A stretch of 64,000 nt of DNA from Deltaproteobacteria bacterium (GTDB lineage: Bacteria; Desulfobacterota; GWC2-55-46), in assembly GCA_016177845.1 (NCBI GenBank), contig JACOUO010000011.1, forward strand, positions 128,326-192,325. The letters are read 5' to 3'. Shown here piece by piece: positions 10,230 through 18,692 of the stretch; the stretch's first letter is position 1; each line of letters begins with the position of its first letter. Below the pieces are notes generated by a model that saw only the letters and a list, made by a program, of their open reading frames with translations, made no database searches and had not been told where the DNA came from. A program made the translations under genes and the position numbers.

Positions 10230-10734
10230 TTGTTATGCTCCTTAAGATTTTAGCGGGATTTCCTGCGACAATTGAATTGGCAGGCACATCTTTTGTCACA
10301 GTGCTGCCTGCTCCTACTATTGCGTTCTCGCCTATTGTAATATTGCTTAGTATAGTCGCCCCGGAGCCTATCGAAGCCCCTTTTTTTACGACAGTCCTTT
10401 CAACTTTCCAGTCATCATCTGTCTTAAGCTCACCGTCTTTGTTAGTAGCGCGGGGATATGTGTCATTTATGAATGTTACATTATGTCCGATAAAAACATT
10501 GTCCTCCACTATGACGCCTTCGCATATGAAAGTATGGCTTGATATCTTGCAGTTATTGCCTATGTCCGCATTTTTTTGGATCTCGACAAACGCCCCGACC
10601 TTTGAGTTAGCTCCTATGGAGCAGCCGTAGAGGTTTATAAATTTCCCCAGCTTTACATTCTCACCAAGGCTGACATCATCCGAGACACTTATCTGGTTTA
10701 TCTCCTCACCGTTCGGCATGGCACTGGATTTCAT
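10222..10734 (-). CDS. Hexapeptide-repeat (LbH) sugar N-acetyltransferase (WbpD/PglD-like)
   Basis: 170 aa with repeated [LIV]G-x-x-x-x hexapeptide motifs throughout. It overlaps the aminotransferase and oxidoreductase genes. Confidence 0.8.
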   Translation of the reverse strand: MKSSAMPNGEEINQISVSDDVSLGENVKLGKFINLYGCSIGANSKVGAFVEIQKNADIGNNCKISSHTFICEGVIVEDNVFIGHNVTFINDTYPRATNKDGELKTDDDWKVERTVVKKGASIGSGATILSNITIGENAIVGAGSTVTKDVPANSIVAGNPAKILRSITNE

Positions 10735-11732
10735 AGTTTCACCATCCTCCCGTTGTTTTTAAGGGATTCGTCGCATGCCTCAAGCATCCGTACTACCCTA
10801 AGCCCGGCATGCCCGTTGTTGAACGGCTCCTCATTTTTATTTATGCAGTCGACAAAATACTGCGTCTCAAGCTTCAGGGCCTCTATCTGGTCAACCTTCG
10901 GGGCCCACATGTCCCCTGAGCGGTAATTGACCAGCAGGTTATATATGCCCTCGCTGTTCGTTATCTCCACGCCCCTGTCATAGACCTTTATCTTTTCATC
11001 CGCGTCCACATCGTTCCACATGAGCATCTTTTTCTCTCCGCCTATGAGCGTAGTCCTGAGCTTGACAGGGGAGAGCCAGTTCACATTGAGATGCGCGATT
11101 ATGTTCTTGGAAAAATACACCATTATGTACGCTATATCTTCCTTAGAGTTGATGTGGGCCTTGCCGGAGGCCGCAACTGCGTCAGGCTTCTCCTTGATCA
11201 GATAATCCATTATTGAGAAATCGTGCGGCGCAAGGTCCCATATGACATTCACATCATGCTGGAACAAGCCGAGGTTGACCCTTGTTGAGTCATAGTAATA
11301 AAGCTCTCCGAGGACATCATCCTCTATTATCTGCTTGATCTTTCTTACCGCGCTGGTAAACAGAAATGTGTGGTCAACCATGATTTTCAGATTTTTTTTC
11401 CCGGCAATTTCTATAAGTTCGGCTGCCTGTTTTGTGTTTGAAGTAAAAGGCTTTTCTACAAAGACATGCTTTCCGTTAAGGAGCGCCTGTTTTGCAAGCT
11501 CATAGTGAGTTGAAACGGGTGTGATGACCGTAACAAGATCGATATCAGGTGATTGCACTATTTCTGCGCTGTTCTCAGTTATCAGCAGGTTGGGATAATT
11601 TTTTCTTGCCCTCTGAGCTGAGAGCGGGTTCTTGTCACATATCGCGGCAACTTCCGCCCCATCAATCATATTGAAGTTCCTGACTATGTTCGGACCCCAG
11701 TAACCGTACCCAATTACGCCGACACGGATCAT
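10731..11732 (-). CDS. Gfo/Idh/MocA-family NAD(P)-dependent sugar oxidoreductase (WbpB-like)
   Basis: 333 aa with an N-terminal Rossmann motif MIRVGVIGYGYWGPN and ...EKP motif. Together with the two neighbouring genes it forms the classical trio for making a 2,3-diacetamido / 2-acetamido-3-amino UDP-sugar. Confidence 0.8.
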   Translation of the reverse strand: MIRVGVIGYGYWGPNIVRNFNMIDGAEVAAICDKNPLSAQRARKNYPNLLITENSAEIVQSPDIDLVTVITPVSTHYELAKQALLNGKHVFVEKPFTSNTKQAAELIEIAGKKNLKIMVDHTFLFTSAVRKIKQIIEDDVLGELYYYDSTRVNLGLFQHDVNVIWDLAPHDFSIMDYLIKEKPDAVAASGKAHINSKEDIAYIMVYFSKNIIAHLNVNWLSPVKLRTTLIGGEKKMLMWNDVDADEKIKVYDRGVEITNSEGIYNLLVNYRSGDMWAPKVDQIEALKLETQYFVDCINKNEEPFNNGHAGLRVVRMLEACDESLKNNGRMVKL

Positions 11733-11769
11733 TTTTTACCTCTCTGTTGGTTCATTCAATTGATGATTA

Positions 11770-12939
11770 TCAGTATGCGCCCTTACTCGAAAGCATTGAG
11801 AACGGGGTAAGGAAAAGGAGTTTTATGTCGAGCCAGATGGACCATTCATCGATGTACCTGATGTCCATCCTTACCATGTCGTTGAATGTCGTAGAACTTC
11901 TTCCCTTAACCTGCCACAGCCCTGTTATGCCCGGCTTTACATCAAGAATTCGCCTGCGGTGCCATGCCATGTAGTTTTCAAGTTCGTAAGGAATGGGAGG
12001 GCGGGGGCCTACAAGCGACATGTCACCTTTAATAACATTGAAGAACTGGGGCAGTTCGTCTAAGCTCGTTTTCCTTAGAATTCTGCCAAGGGGAGTTATC
12101 CTGGGGTCGTCTTTTATTTTATATATTTTTTCTTCAGCGCCGTGATTGCCGCCAAGGCTGTATTCCTTCTGCTCACGAATCAGTTTTTTAATGTATTCAG
12201 TATGTATTTTCTCACTGCTGCCTACATACATAGACCTGAATTTCAGGAACACGAAAGGCTTGCCGTATTCTCCTATCCTTGTCTGCCTGAAAAAAACAGG
12301 CCCTTTTGAAGTGAGTTTGATGATGACAGGGACAGCAATGAAAAAGGGTGAAAAGATTATCAGCCCGATAAAAGCGCCGAATACATCCATTACCCTTTTT
12401 ATAAGAAAAGAGTTTTTTTTATTTTCTTTTTTTTTTAACAGGTCAGGATAAAGCTTAAAGTCCAGCGGCAGTGATTTATCCCCTCCGCTTTCTTCAGGGA
12501 ACAGGTGAAACGATATTTTAAGCCTGTTAAAGAGAGTTGAGCTGAGCGCGGGCAAATTGGTAAGCGCGGTGAATATCTTCTGCTTGATCGGTTCTGCCTC
12601 ATCTGTTTTTACATCGGTGAATATTACTCCTATTATTCCGTTGCATTTGTACCAGCCTTTGATATCAACTTCCCTTGTCGTCGTGTTTATGGCGTAACCG
12701 ATGCCTTTGATGATCTCTTTTGCCGAAGGCTCATAAAGGATGTTCTCAAGGTCCAGCAGCATGAGCAGGAACGACTTTCCTGACCTTTCGGCTCTTTTTC
12801 TTTCCAGGTACACCATTTCATGAAAGTAATCCTCTACATAAAGGCCGTTGTCAATATCCTGCAGAAAATCAGTGCTGTGAAAATGGAGAGAACCCTGCTT
12901 TCTGAACTTGTTCCGGTATTTGAAAAGAAAATTTTTCAT
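11770..12939 (-). CDS. Polyprenyl-phosphate glycosyl-phosphotransferase (PglC-type monotopic 'bacterial sugar transferase'). It is fused to an N-terminal degenerate GGDEF-like domain
   Basis: 389 aa. The C-terminal ~200 aa have one re-entrant hydrophobic segment followed by ...SLVGPRPP...PGITGLWQV, as in PF02397. The N-terminal ~165 aa align to the GGDEF fold: ...LERKRAERSGKSFLLMLLDLENI...REVDIKGWYKCNGIIGVIF. The GG[DE]EF motif is replaced by YKCNG, but an RxxD motif (REVD) is retained at the I-site position. Confidence 0.8.
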   Translation of the reverse strand: MKNFLFKYRNKFRKQGSLHFHSTDFLQDIDNGLYVEDYFHEMVYLERKRAERSGKSFLLMLLDLENILYEPSAKEIIKGIGYAINTTTREVDIKGWYKCNGIIGVIFTDVKTDEAEPIKQKIFTALTNLPALSSTLFNRLKISFHLFPEESGGDKSLPLDFKLYPDLLKKKENKKNSFLIKRVMDVFGAFIGLIIFSPFFIAVPVIIKLTSKGPVFFRQTRIGEYGKPFVFLKFRSMYVGSSEKIHTEYIKKLIREQKEYSLGGNHGAEEKIYKIKDDPRITPLGRILRKTSLDELPQFFNVIKGDMSLVGPRPPIPYELENYMAWHRRRILDVKPGITGLWQVKGRSSTTFNDMVRMDIRYIDEWSIWLDIKLLFLTPFSMLSSKGAY

Positions 12940-12992
12940 GGTTCATTCCCGTTTTGATTGAAGCGGACAGAGTTCAGATGAGCTTGGATGGG

Positions 12993-13000
12993 CTACCGCC
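12993..13000 (-). promoter_or_regulatory. ops-like element (GGCGGTAG) in the 5' leader of the priming sugar-transferase gene
   Basis: Reverse complement of 12993-13000 is GGCGGTAG, the core of the ops/JUMPstart element recognised by RfaH-type NusG paralogs. It lies ~50 nt upstream of the sugar-transferase start codon and immediately downstream of the NusG-paralog gene. Confidence 0.4.
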
Positions 13001-13090
13001 GTTCAGGTGCATTTAAACCCGCCTGAGAGAAAATTCAGTTGTGCTGTTAAAGAGAACAATAGGGACTTTTTAAATAAGCCTTATTCAAAC

Positions 13091-13588
13091 TTAAATGCGT
13101 GAAAGCATTCCTGCGTCAACCACCACGCGGATATTTATGGCCTTAAGAAGAATACTGACCCTCTCAATGCCTTGCATCTCTTTTTCAAATATTGCTTCAA
13201 AGCCCTCAAAAGGCCCGCCTTTTATGAGCACCCGGTCACCGGGCTCGAAATTCTGCCGGATCGTGAGAATGCCTTTATCAAGCCTTGAGACAATTGAGCC
13301 GATGATATTGTCAGGCACCGCTGACGGCCCCTGGTCATTGCCAAGGACATTTTTTATTCCTCTTGTATAGCGTATCAAGTGATAATCCCTTAATCTGTCG
13401 AATTTAACGAAGACATAACTGGGGAAAAGAGGAGAGATAAGTTCAGTCAGTTTTCTCCTGTAGAATTTACGCTCCATTATCTTCGGGTTCAGTATCTGAA
13501 AACCCGCGTTATTAAGCTTGTATGAGACCGCATCCTCATTTCTCGGTTTTGTATAGACCAAATACCAGTTTGAATCTGAGCGCTCCAT
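13091..13588 (-). CDS. NusG-family paralog (RfaH/UpxY-like operon-specific transcription antiterminator)
   Basis: 165 aa. The N-terminal NGN domain reads WYLVYTKPRNEDAVSYKL...VFVKF. The C-terminal KOW-like region reads FEPGDRVLIKGGPFEGFEAIF. It is embedded inside the polysaccharide operon with a 355-bp untranslated region upstream. Confidence 0.85.
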   Translation of the reverse strand: MERSDSNWYLVYTKPRNEDAVSYKLNNAGFQILNPKIMERKFYRRKLTELISPLFPSYVFVKFDRLRDYHLIRYTRGIKNVLGNDQGPSAVPDNIIGSIVSRLDKGILTIRQNFEPGDRVLIKGGPFEGFEAIFEKEMQGIERVSILLKAINIRVVVDAGMLSRI

Positions 13589-13943
13589 TCGAAAATACGC
13601 CTCCTATGGCTTTTAAAGAAAACTGTAAATGCATCGCAAGGATCTCCTGAGCGGAAATCCCATTTCAGCGCGACTGGCCTTTCAGATTTGTAGAGTTGAG
13701 TAGTTTATATCGGCATACTCTGTTGTTTGAACCGGTTGGTCTGAAAAGTCCCTGGCTCTTTATGCATTTGCCGCAAGCGCAGGAAAGAGCAGCGGTCTGG
13801 ACAATGTGGAATGACAATATTCTGATTTTTTACATTCTGCCGAAACGTGCAAGAGGCCCATTGGTATCAGGTATATGGGTTTATTCCCTGAGTGTATTTG
13901 GGATTGCATTGAAGGACTCCTTTTCCTGTGGTGCCGGTTTTTT

Positions 13944-14951
13944 TTAGTAAGAGTACTTCATCATATGCTCTGCGGCTCCGTTTAGGACTATTCCCATAAG
14001 ATTGTGCTTCGGGAGTGAATTGATAGCCTTTTTCACAAGGTCCTTTGGCGTCTTTCCAGCCCTTACTATGAGCATGAGAGCGTCAACGGATTTCGAAAGT
14101 ATATTCATATCGACAAGAGGCAATATCGGTGGAGAATCCACAATCACATAATCAAAATCCTCTTTAACGGAATCGAGCACTGTCTTCATGTGCGGTGAAT
14201 CGAGAAGGACCGAAGAATTTTTAACGCTGCAACGGGCAGGAAGAAAATAGAGATTGGTGCCTTCAAGCCTGTTTATTGCCGAGCGCAGGTCTATCTCGCC
14301 TTTAATCACATCGACAAGTCCGTAAAGCCTTCCCATATCGAGGTAGTTTGAAGAAATGGAAGGGTTCCTGAAATCTCCCTCGATAAGAAGGACTTTTTTC
14401 TTGAATTCTGTTGCAATCACATAAGAGAGGTTAAGTGCAGTCATTGTCTTTCCCTCTCCCTTTACCGCGCTTGTTATCGCGAATGTCTTATATGAATTTT
14501 TCAGGCTTATCTGTTCTATTTTGGTGTAGAGTATCCTGTATTTTTCAGCTATCATCGGGTCGGTGCTTTCCATCACCAGAAGCGGCTGCTTGAACGATAT
14601 CTTATCTTTGAACGCGCCGACCTCCGTGTATTCCTCGAATATATCCTTGCCGGCATTTACTGAATTCAGGTCAACGACTTTCTCCGAAGCCTGAGGAATA
14701 TTATCCCTGCGGCCTCGGAGCGTAGAGTCGTAGGCGCTCCTTTTGGCCGGATCCATCAGCGTCTCAAAGATGCTTTCGAGCTGCGCCAGTTTTTCCTTCC
14801 TCTCTTCTGCCGTATACAGGGAGTAGACCGCCATGTTCCCTTCGCTGTAGAGGCCCCGGGCCTTCCTGTATGCGTCCTCTATTTCTTTCGGGTTGGCACC
14901 CTGGACTATCTGAAGGATCTCGTAGTAATTCTTTTCATTGTTTTGCATCAT
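13944..14951 (-). CDS. BY-kinase-like (Wzc C-terminal-like) P-loop ATPase with an N-terminal J-domain-like segment lacking HPD
   Basis: Walker A AITSAVKGEGKTMTALN, Walker A'/B VLLIEGD...YVIVDSPP and C-terminal tail ...MKYSY. The N-terminus YYEILQIVQGANPKEIEDAYRKARGLYSEGN...LMDPAKRSAYD aligns to a DnaJ J-domain, but the HPD tripeptide is replaced by SEG. The six-frame ORF extends to 15110; start chosen at ATGATG (14951), which has an AAGGCGAG SD and avoids overlapping the upstream gene. Confidence 0.7.
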   Translation of the reverse strand: MMQNNEKNYYEILQIVQGANPKEIEDAYRKARGLYSEGNMAVYSLYTAEERKEKLAQLESIFETLMDPAKRSAYDSTLRGRRDNIPQASEKVVDLNSVNAGKDIFEEYTEVGAFKDKISFKQPLLVMESTDPMIAEKYRILYTKIEQISLKNSYKTFAITSAVKGEGKTMTALNLSYVIATEFKKKVLLIEGDFRNPSISSNYLDMGRLYGLVDVIKGEIDLRSAINRLEGTNLYFLPARCSVKNSSVLLDSPHMKTVLDSVKEDFDYVIVDSPPILPLVDMNILSKSVDALMLIVRAGKTPKDLVKKAINSLPKHNLMGIVLNGAAEHMMKYSY

Positions 14952-14962
14952 TTTTGCTCGCC

Positions 14963-16003
14963 TTAAAATTGGTTTATGGTTGAAAAGCCGTTGGATCCCT
15001 TGTTCTTGTTCAGGAGATTGTTCAGGCATGACTCTATGCCCCTTGCCGCCCCTGAGCTTGAGTAATGTATGGTTAAAGGCTTTCTGTTGCGTATTGAATC
15101 GCTCACGCATTCTTCATAAGAGACTGACCCTAAGTATCCTATGTCTATCCCGAAGTAGTCAGAGCATGCCCTTTTGATGGAAGAGCCGATCTCTTTGTCC
15201 TCGTTTTTTTTCATCTGGTTCATGACCATTGAAATATTTGTGTTTGATACATGCTCCCTTAGAACGCGGCCCTGCTCGGGGTCAAGGGTGCTGAGCTGGT
15301 TGAGTATGTCTGATACTGTTTTTACGCGCTGGGACCATTTTTCGCTGAAAACTTTTTGAAGCAGGTCTTTGAGTTTTCCGTCATCCTGCGCGTCAGCAAG
15401 GGTCTTTATCTTTCTCAGAAAAAGGCATTTAAGGAACCTGTAATTATTCTCTATCGTGGTCGGTTCAGGGGTAGAGAGTATTATCCCTTCATTCGATATC
15501 AGGAACATGTCCAGTAAGGTTGAGGATGTGCCAGGCCCGATATCAAGGATGGCGTAGTCATAGTCTACCTTCCTGAGCGCGTCCTTAAGCCTTGCCACCT
15601 TATCCGGCTTTATGTCTGCCACATCGAGTGAGTCCTTTGCGCCGCTTATAAGGTCAAGGTTCGGAATAGGGGTCTTTACTGCAAGAGATTGCAGGTCAGG
15701 CACTTCTTCTTTCAAAAAGCTTGAGAGCGCTGTCCTGCCGCCATCAACCCCGAGGAATGTGTGCAAGTTTGCCGCACCGAGGTCAGCGTCTATCAGAAGT
15801 ACTCTTTTCTGATTTTTTGAGAGAAGTATCCCAAGGTTCGTGGCAAGAAGCGTCTTACCGACCCCTCCTTTGCCGCCGCCTACAGCCCATATTTTAGTAC
15901 CGTATATTGATGGATACTCCATGGGCGTGTAGGGAACGTGCTGGGTATCCTCGGCTATGTCATAGCTTTTGAATAGTCTTTTAAACCAATTGAAGTTAAG
16001 CAC
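14963..16003 (-). CDS. MinD/ParA/FlhG-family P-loop ATPase
   Basis: 346 aa with a deviant Walker A VGGGKGGVGKTLLATNLG, and LLIDADLGAANL. A second SIMIBI ATPase sits next to the BY-kinase-like gene inside the EPS operon. Confidence 0.75.
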   Translation of the reverse strand: MLNFNWFKRLFKSYDIAEDTQHVPYTPMEYPSIYGTKIWAVGGGKGGVGKTLLATNLGILLSKNQKRVLLIDADLGAANLHTFLGVDGGRTALSSFLKEEVPDLQSLAVKTPIPNLDLISGAKDSLDVADIKPDKVARLKDALRKVDYDYAILDIGPGTSSTLLDMFLISNEGIILSTPEPTTIENNYRFLKCLFLRKIKTLADAQDDGKLKDLLQKVFSEKWSQRVKTVSDILNQLSTLDPEQGRVLREHVSNTNISMVMNQMKKNEDKEIGSSIKRACSDYFGIDIGYLGSVSYEECVSDSIRNRKPLTIHYSSSGAARGIESCLNNLLNKNKGSNGFSTINQF

Positions 16004-17531
16004 TTTCTTTCCTTCCTTTTATGACTCTGAGTTTGTTTTCAGGCCTCTGCTGATCCTTAAACGGAAAGATAGGGATGCTCGTAAGCACAGGCGACATAAT
16101 GACGCCTTCAAAATCCTCAGGTTTTCTGAAGGCAGGGTTGAGCACTTCGAAGAGAAGCACTAATCCTGCTCCTAAAGCCACACCGCCAAGCACGCCGTAA
16201 AGCGTGATGTATCCTTTATTGGGCCAGTCAGGCACCTGGGGGAGATATGCGTAATCGATAACCCTGAAGCGTTCGCCTTTCTGCCTTTTCTCAAGATTTT
16301 CAGCAAGCCTTGCGTTGAGTTTCTTTTCAAGGAGCGCCTGGTAATTGGCAAGCGATATCCTGTGGTCCCTTAGTATGTCGGCCTGCTTCTGTTCATTTGC
16401 AGGGGTATTGTCAATGCGTCTTTCATAGTCCTTTATCTGGCGCCTGATCTCGCTCTCGCGCTGGCGAAGGGCGGCAAGCTGCGATTTAACTGTCGAAAGC
16501 TCAACATAAACTGTCGGATTACGAAGTTCATTCTCATCGGTCTTTCCGTTCTGTCCAAGCTGCGTCTCAAGGTCTTTAATGCGCCTTTTAGTTATGATGA
16601 CATCAGGATATGACTCCTTGTACATCGAGAGCAGGGAAACGAGTTCGCCTCTTAATTTTTCAAGTTCAGCGAGTTGAGGGTTTATCGGCCTGCCTGTTGC
16701 GGCTGTAGGAGCGTAAGCCATCTGCTCCTGAAGCAGTATCCTCCTGTCATCTGTGCTCTTGATAGATGCCGAGACTGTCTGAAGCTCCATCTGAAGCCTG
16801 TCAAGGGTCCTCAGGTTTGCGTCAAGCTGTTCGGGAAGTCCTCCCATGTGAGTCTCTTTAAATCCCTTTATCTGCCTCTCAAGCTGTTCAAGTTCGGTCT
16901 TTGCCTTCTCAAGCTCGCTGCCGAGGAATTCGGAAGTGCCCTCAGCGTATTGTTCCCTTGCCTTAAGGTTCTCCTCTATGAAAAGGGAGGCGAGCTTGTT
17001 TGTGACCTGCATGGTTGTCTTTGGGTCTGTGCCTGTATAGTAGATGGAGAAGGCGTTGCCGCCGCTGCTGGAGCCTTTTTTGCTGCCTGTCGTGACTTCG
17101 GCGGCGACCTCAAATTTTATGTCGCTGCGCATCTGATCTATTATCACATCGCTTGTCGCAGCCACCTGTGCTTCACCGTGAGCGACCCTGTTGTAGAGCA
17201 TGCCAAGTCTTGTCGCAATGCCCGGAGATGCGTTCTCATACAGATTGAATTCTTTAATTATTTGCTCAAGCCTTGTCCTGCTCAGTATCTGCTGGCTCAA
17301 GACCGTCAGCCTCTGGCTGAACGGGGTCCTGTCGGTCTGGGGGACATACTCCTCGGGGACCTGCTGGTCTTCAGCCAATATGAGAGTGCTTGAGCTGTAA
17401 TATTCAGGCAATTTGAAGCTTACAAGAAGGCCTATGAGGCCGCCTATGATAATCGGGATTATCAAAAGCCATTTACGGTAATAAAAGATGGCCAGCTGAT
17501 CCAGAAGCGTCTTATTCTTAGTCTCTTCCAT
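15996..17531 (-). CDS. Polysaccharide chain-length determinant protein (Wzz/PCP-like, PEP-CTERM-locus subfamily)
   Basis: 511 aa with an N-terminal TM helix, a long coiled-coil periplasmic region and a C-terminal TM helix (YITLYGVLGGVALGAGLVLLFEVL). This is the architecture of polysaccharide co-polymerases (TIGR03007-like). Confidence 0.8.
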   Translation of the reverse strand: MEETKNKTLLDQLAIFYYRKWLLIIPIIIGGLIGLLVSFKLPEYYSSSTLILAEDQQVPEEYVPQTDRTPFSQRLTVLSQQILSRTRLEQIIKEFNLYENASPGIATRLGMLYNRVAHGEAQVAATSDVIIDQMRSDIKFEVAAEVTTGSKKGSSSGGNAFSIYYTGTDPKTTMQVTNKLASLFIEENLKAREQYAEGTSEFLGSELEKAKTELEQLERQIKGFKETHMGGLPEQLDANLRTLDRLQMELQTVSASIKSTDDRRILLQEQMAYAPTAATGRPINPQLAELEKLRGELVSLLSMYKESYPDVIITKRRIKDLETQLGQNGKTDENELRNPTVYVELSTVKSQLAALRQRESEIRRQIKDYERRIDNTPANEQKQADILRDHRISLANYQALLEKKLNARLAENLEKRQKGERFRVIDYAYLPQVPDWPNKGYITLYGVLGGVALGAGLVLLFEVLNPAFRKPEDFEGVIMSPVLTSIPIFPFKDQQRPENKLRVIKGRKESA

Positions 17532-17534
17532 TAA

Positions 17535-18692
17535 TTAAAACCTCCACTCCGGTCCTGTGAATGTCACATTCACAAATACCTGGTTTCTTGTGAGGCCGGT
17601 CCCGAAATTATCCTTTGGCCACTGTTGAAAATGCTGGACGCCCGCGCCGAATTTCATCCATCTCTTTGCCTGCCAGGTGGCCTGCGCGGAAGTGTCATAA
17701 GAGTTCATATCGACCCTTCCCGAAGGCTCGGTGCGGCTTTTGGCAAGCCCGCCTGTTACGGACAGGCTTATATCCCTGCTTAGCGTATGCGACAGTGTGA
17801 AGGAGAGCCTGTCGTTTATGTTTATCTCATCGGTCAGGCCTGTGGGGTTTGTCACAGCCCTTGAGTACAAAATAGCAATGGTTGAGTCCCTTAAGGTTTT
17901 TTCCAATCCTGCTGTAGCTGTCAGGAAGTAATCGTCCTGACCGCCGTCAAGCCCGCTGGCATAGACAACCCCTGCCGAGAGATCTACCTTCAGGGTCGGA
18001 TCGACTGTTTCCGCGATGCTGAAGAAAAGCGCGTGGCTTTCTATATCTTTATTGCCGTTGCTGTCAAAGCTGAAGTTAGTAAACTTGTAAGTGACGCTTG
18101 CCCTTCCTGCAGGGTTGTATTTATATCCTCCGGTCAATGATGCTGAATCTGTCCTCGTGTCGACAAGGGACTGTTCCTCGAAATCGAGATTAGTATCCCT
18201 GAGTGTGAGCCCGATGTCTATTTTCGGCCCAAGCTGATGGCCGATATTAAAAAAAACAGTGTTGGCTGAAATATCCGTTCTCACGACAAGTATCCCCGTT
18301 TCTGTCGCACGCAATGAGTCCTTTGTAAAATAATATGTGTCTCCCAGGCCTATCCTTGTCTTGTTCGACAGTTCATATCTTGCTCCGAGTGTGGCCTTAT
18401 GAGAGACGCTGTCGAGGTCAGTATCCTGGCTGTGATAGTCGGCATCAAGCCTGTAATAGGCGTCGATATCGTATCTTATTCCCTCTTTGGATGCCCTTAC
18501 CGCGGGGCTGACGGTTGAGATGAAATCACTGTCAGAGTCCTCGCTGTCGCTCCTGAATCTCACATTGCTGTCATACCGTTCCTCAAGGGAGAGGGAAGGG
18601 ATGATGCTGAAATTCTGGCTGCGGGCGTCATTAGCGGAACTGAGGGCAATAAACAGGGCGCAGAGCGCGATAAGTCCTCTTCTATGGTACAA
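17535..18692 (-). CDS. Outer-membrane beta-barrel protein, PEP-CTERM-system-associated type
   Basis: 385 aa with a signal peptide (LCALFIALSSANDARSQ), alternating amphipathic beta-strand pattern and a C-terminal ...GPEWRF aromatic terminus typical of OM beta-barrels. Its position between the chain-length determinant and the exporter matches TIGR03016-like proteins. Confidence 0.6.
   Translation of the reverse strand: MYHRRGLIALCALFIALSSANDARSQNFSIIPSLSLEERYDSNVRFRSDSEDSDSDFISTVSPAVRASKEGIRYDIDAYYRLDADYHSQDTDLDSVSHKATLGARYELSNKTRIGLGDTYYFTKDSLRATETGILVVRTDISANTVFFNIGHQLGPKIDIGLTLRDTNLDFEEQSLVDTRTDSASLTGGYKYNPAGRASVTYKFTNFSFDSNGNKDIESHALFFSIAETVDPTLKVDLSAGVVYASGLDGGQDDYFLTATAGLEKTLRDSTIAILYSRAVTNPTGLTDEININDRLSFTLSHTLSRDISLSVTGGLAKSRTEPSGRVDMNSYDTSAQATWQAKRWMKFGAGVQHFQQWPKDNFGTGLTRNQVFVNVTFTGPEWRF

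Noticed and set aside
13944-15110. A 53-codon N-terminal extension of the BY-kinase-like ORF (six-frame ORF starts at 15110)
   Set aside because: The extension overlaps the 3' end of the MinD-like gene by ~150 nt in another frame. The internal ATGATG at 14951 has a good SD (AAGGCGAG) and leaves an 11-nt gap to the upstream stop.
16674-17393. 239-aa ORF on the plus strand
   Set aside because: It lies entirely antisense to the well-supported chain-length-determinant gene. The unusual Cys/Leu-rich composition is typical of shadow ORFs. Likewise for other long shadow ORFs: 21045–21572, 25060–25593, 26789–27304, 42977–43363, 44110–44631, 45076–45606 and 52234–53083.
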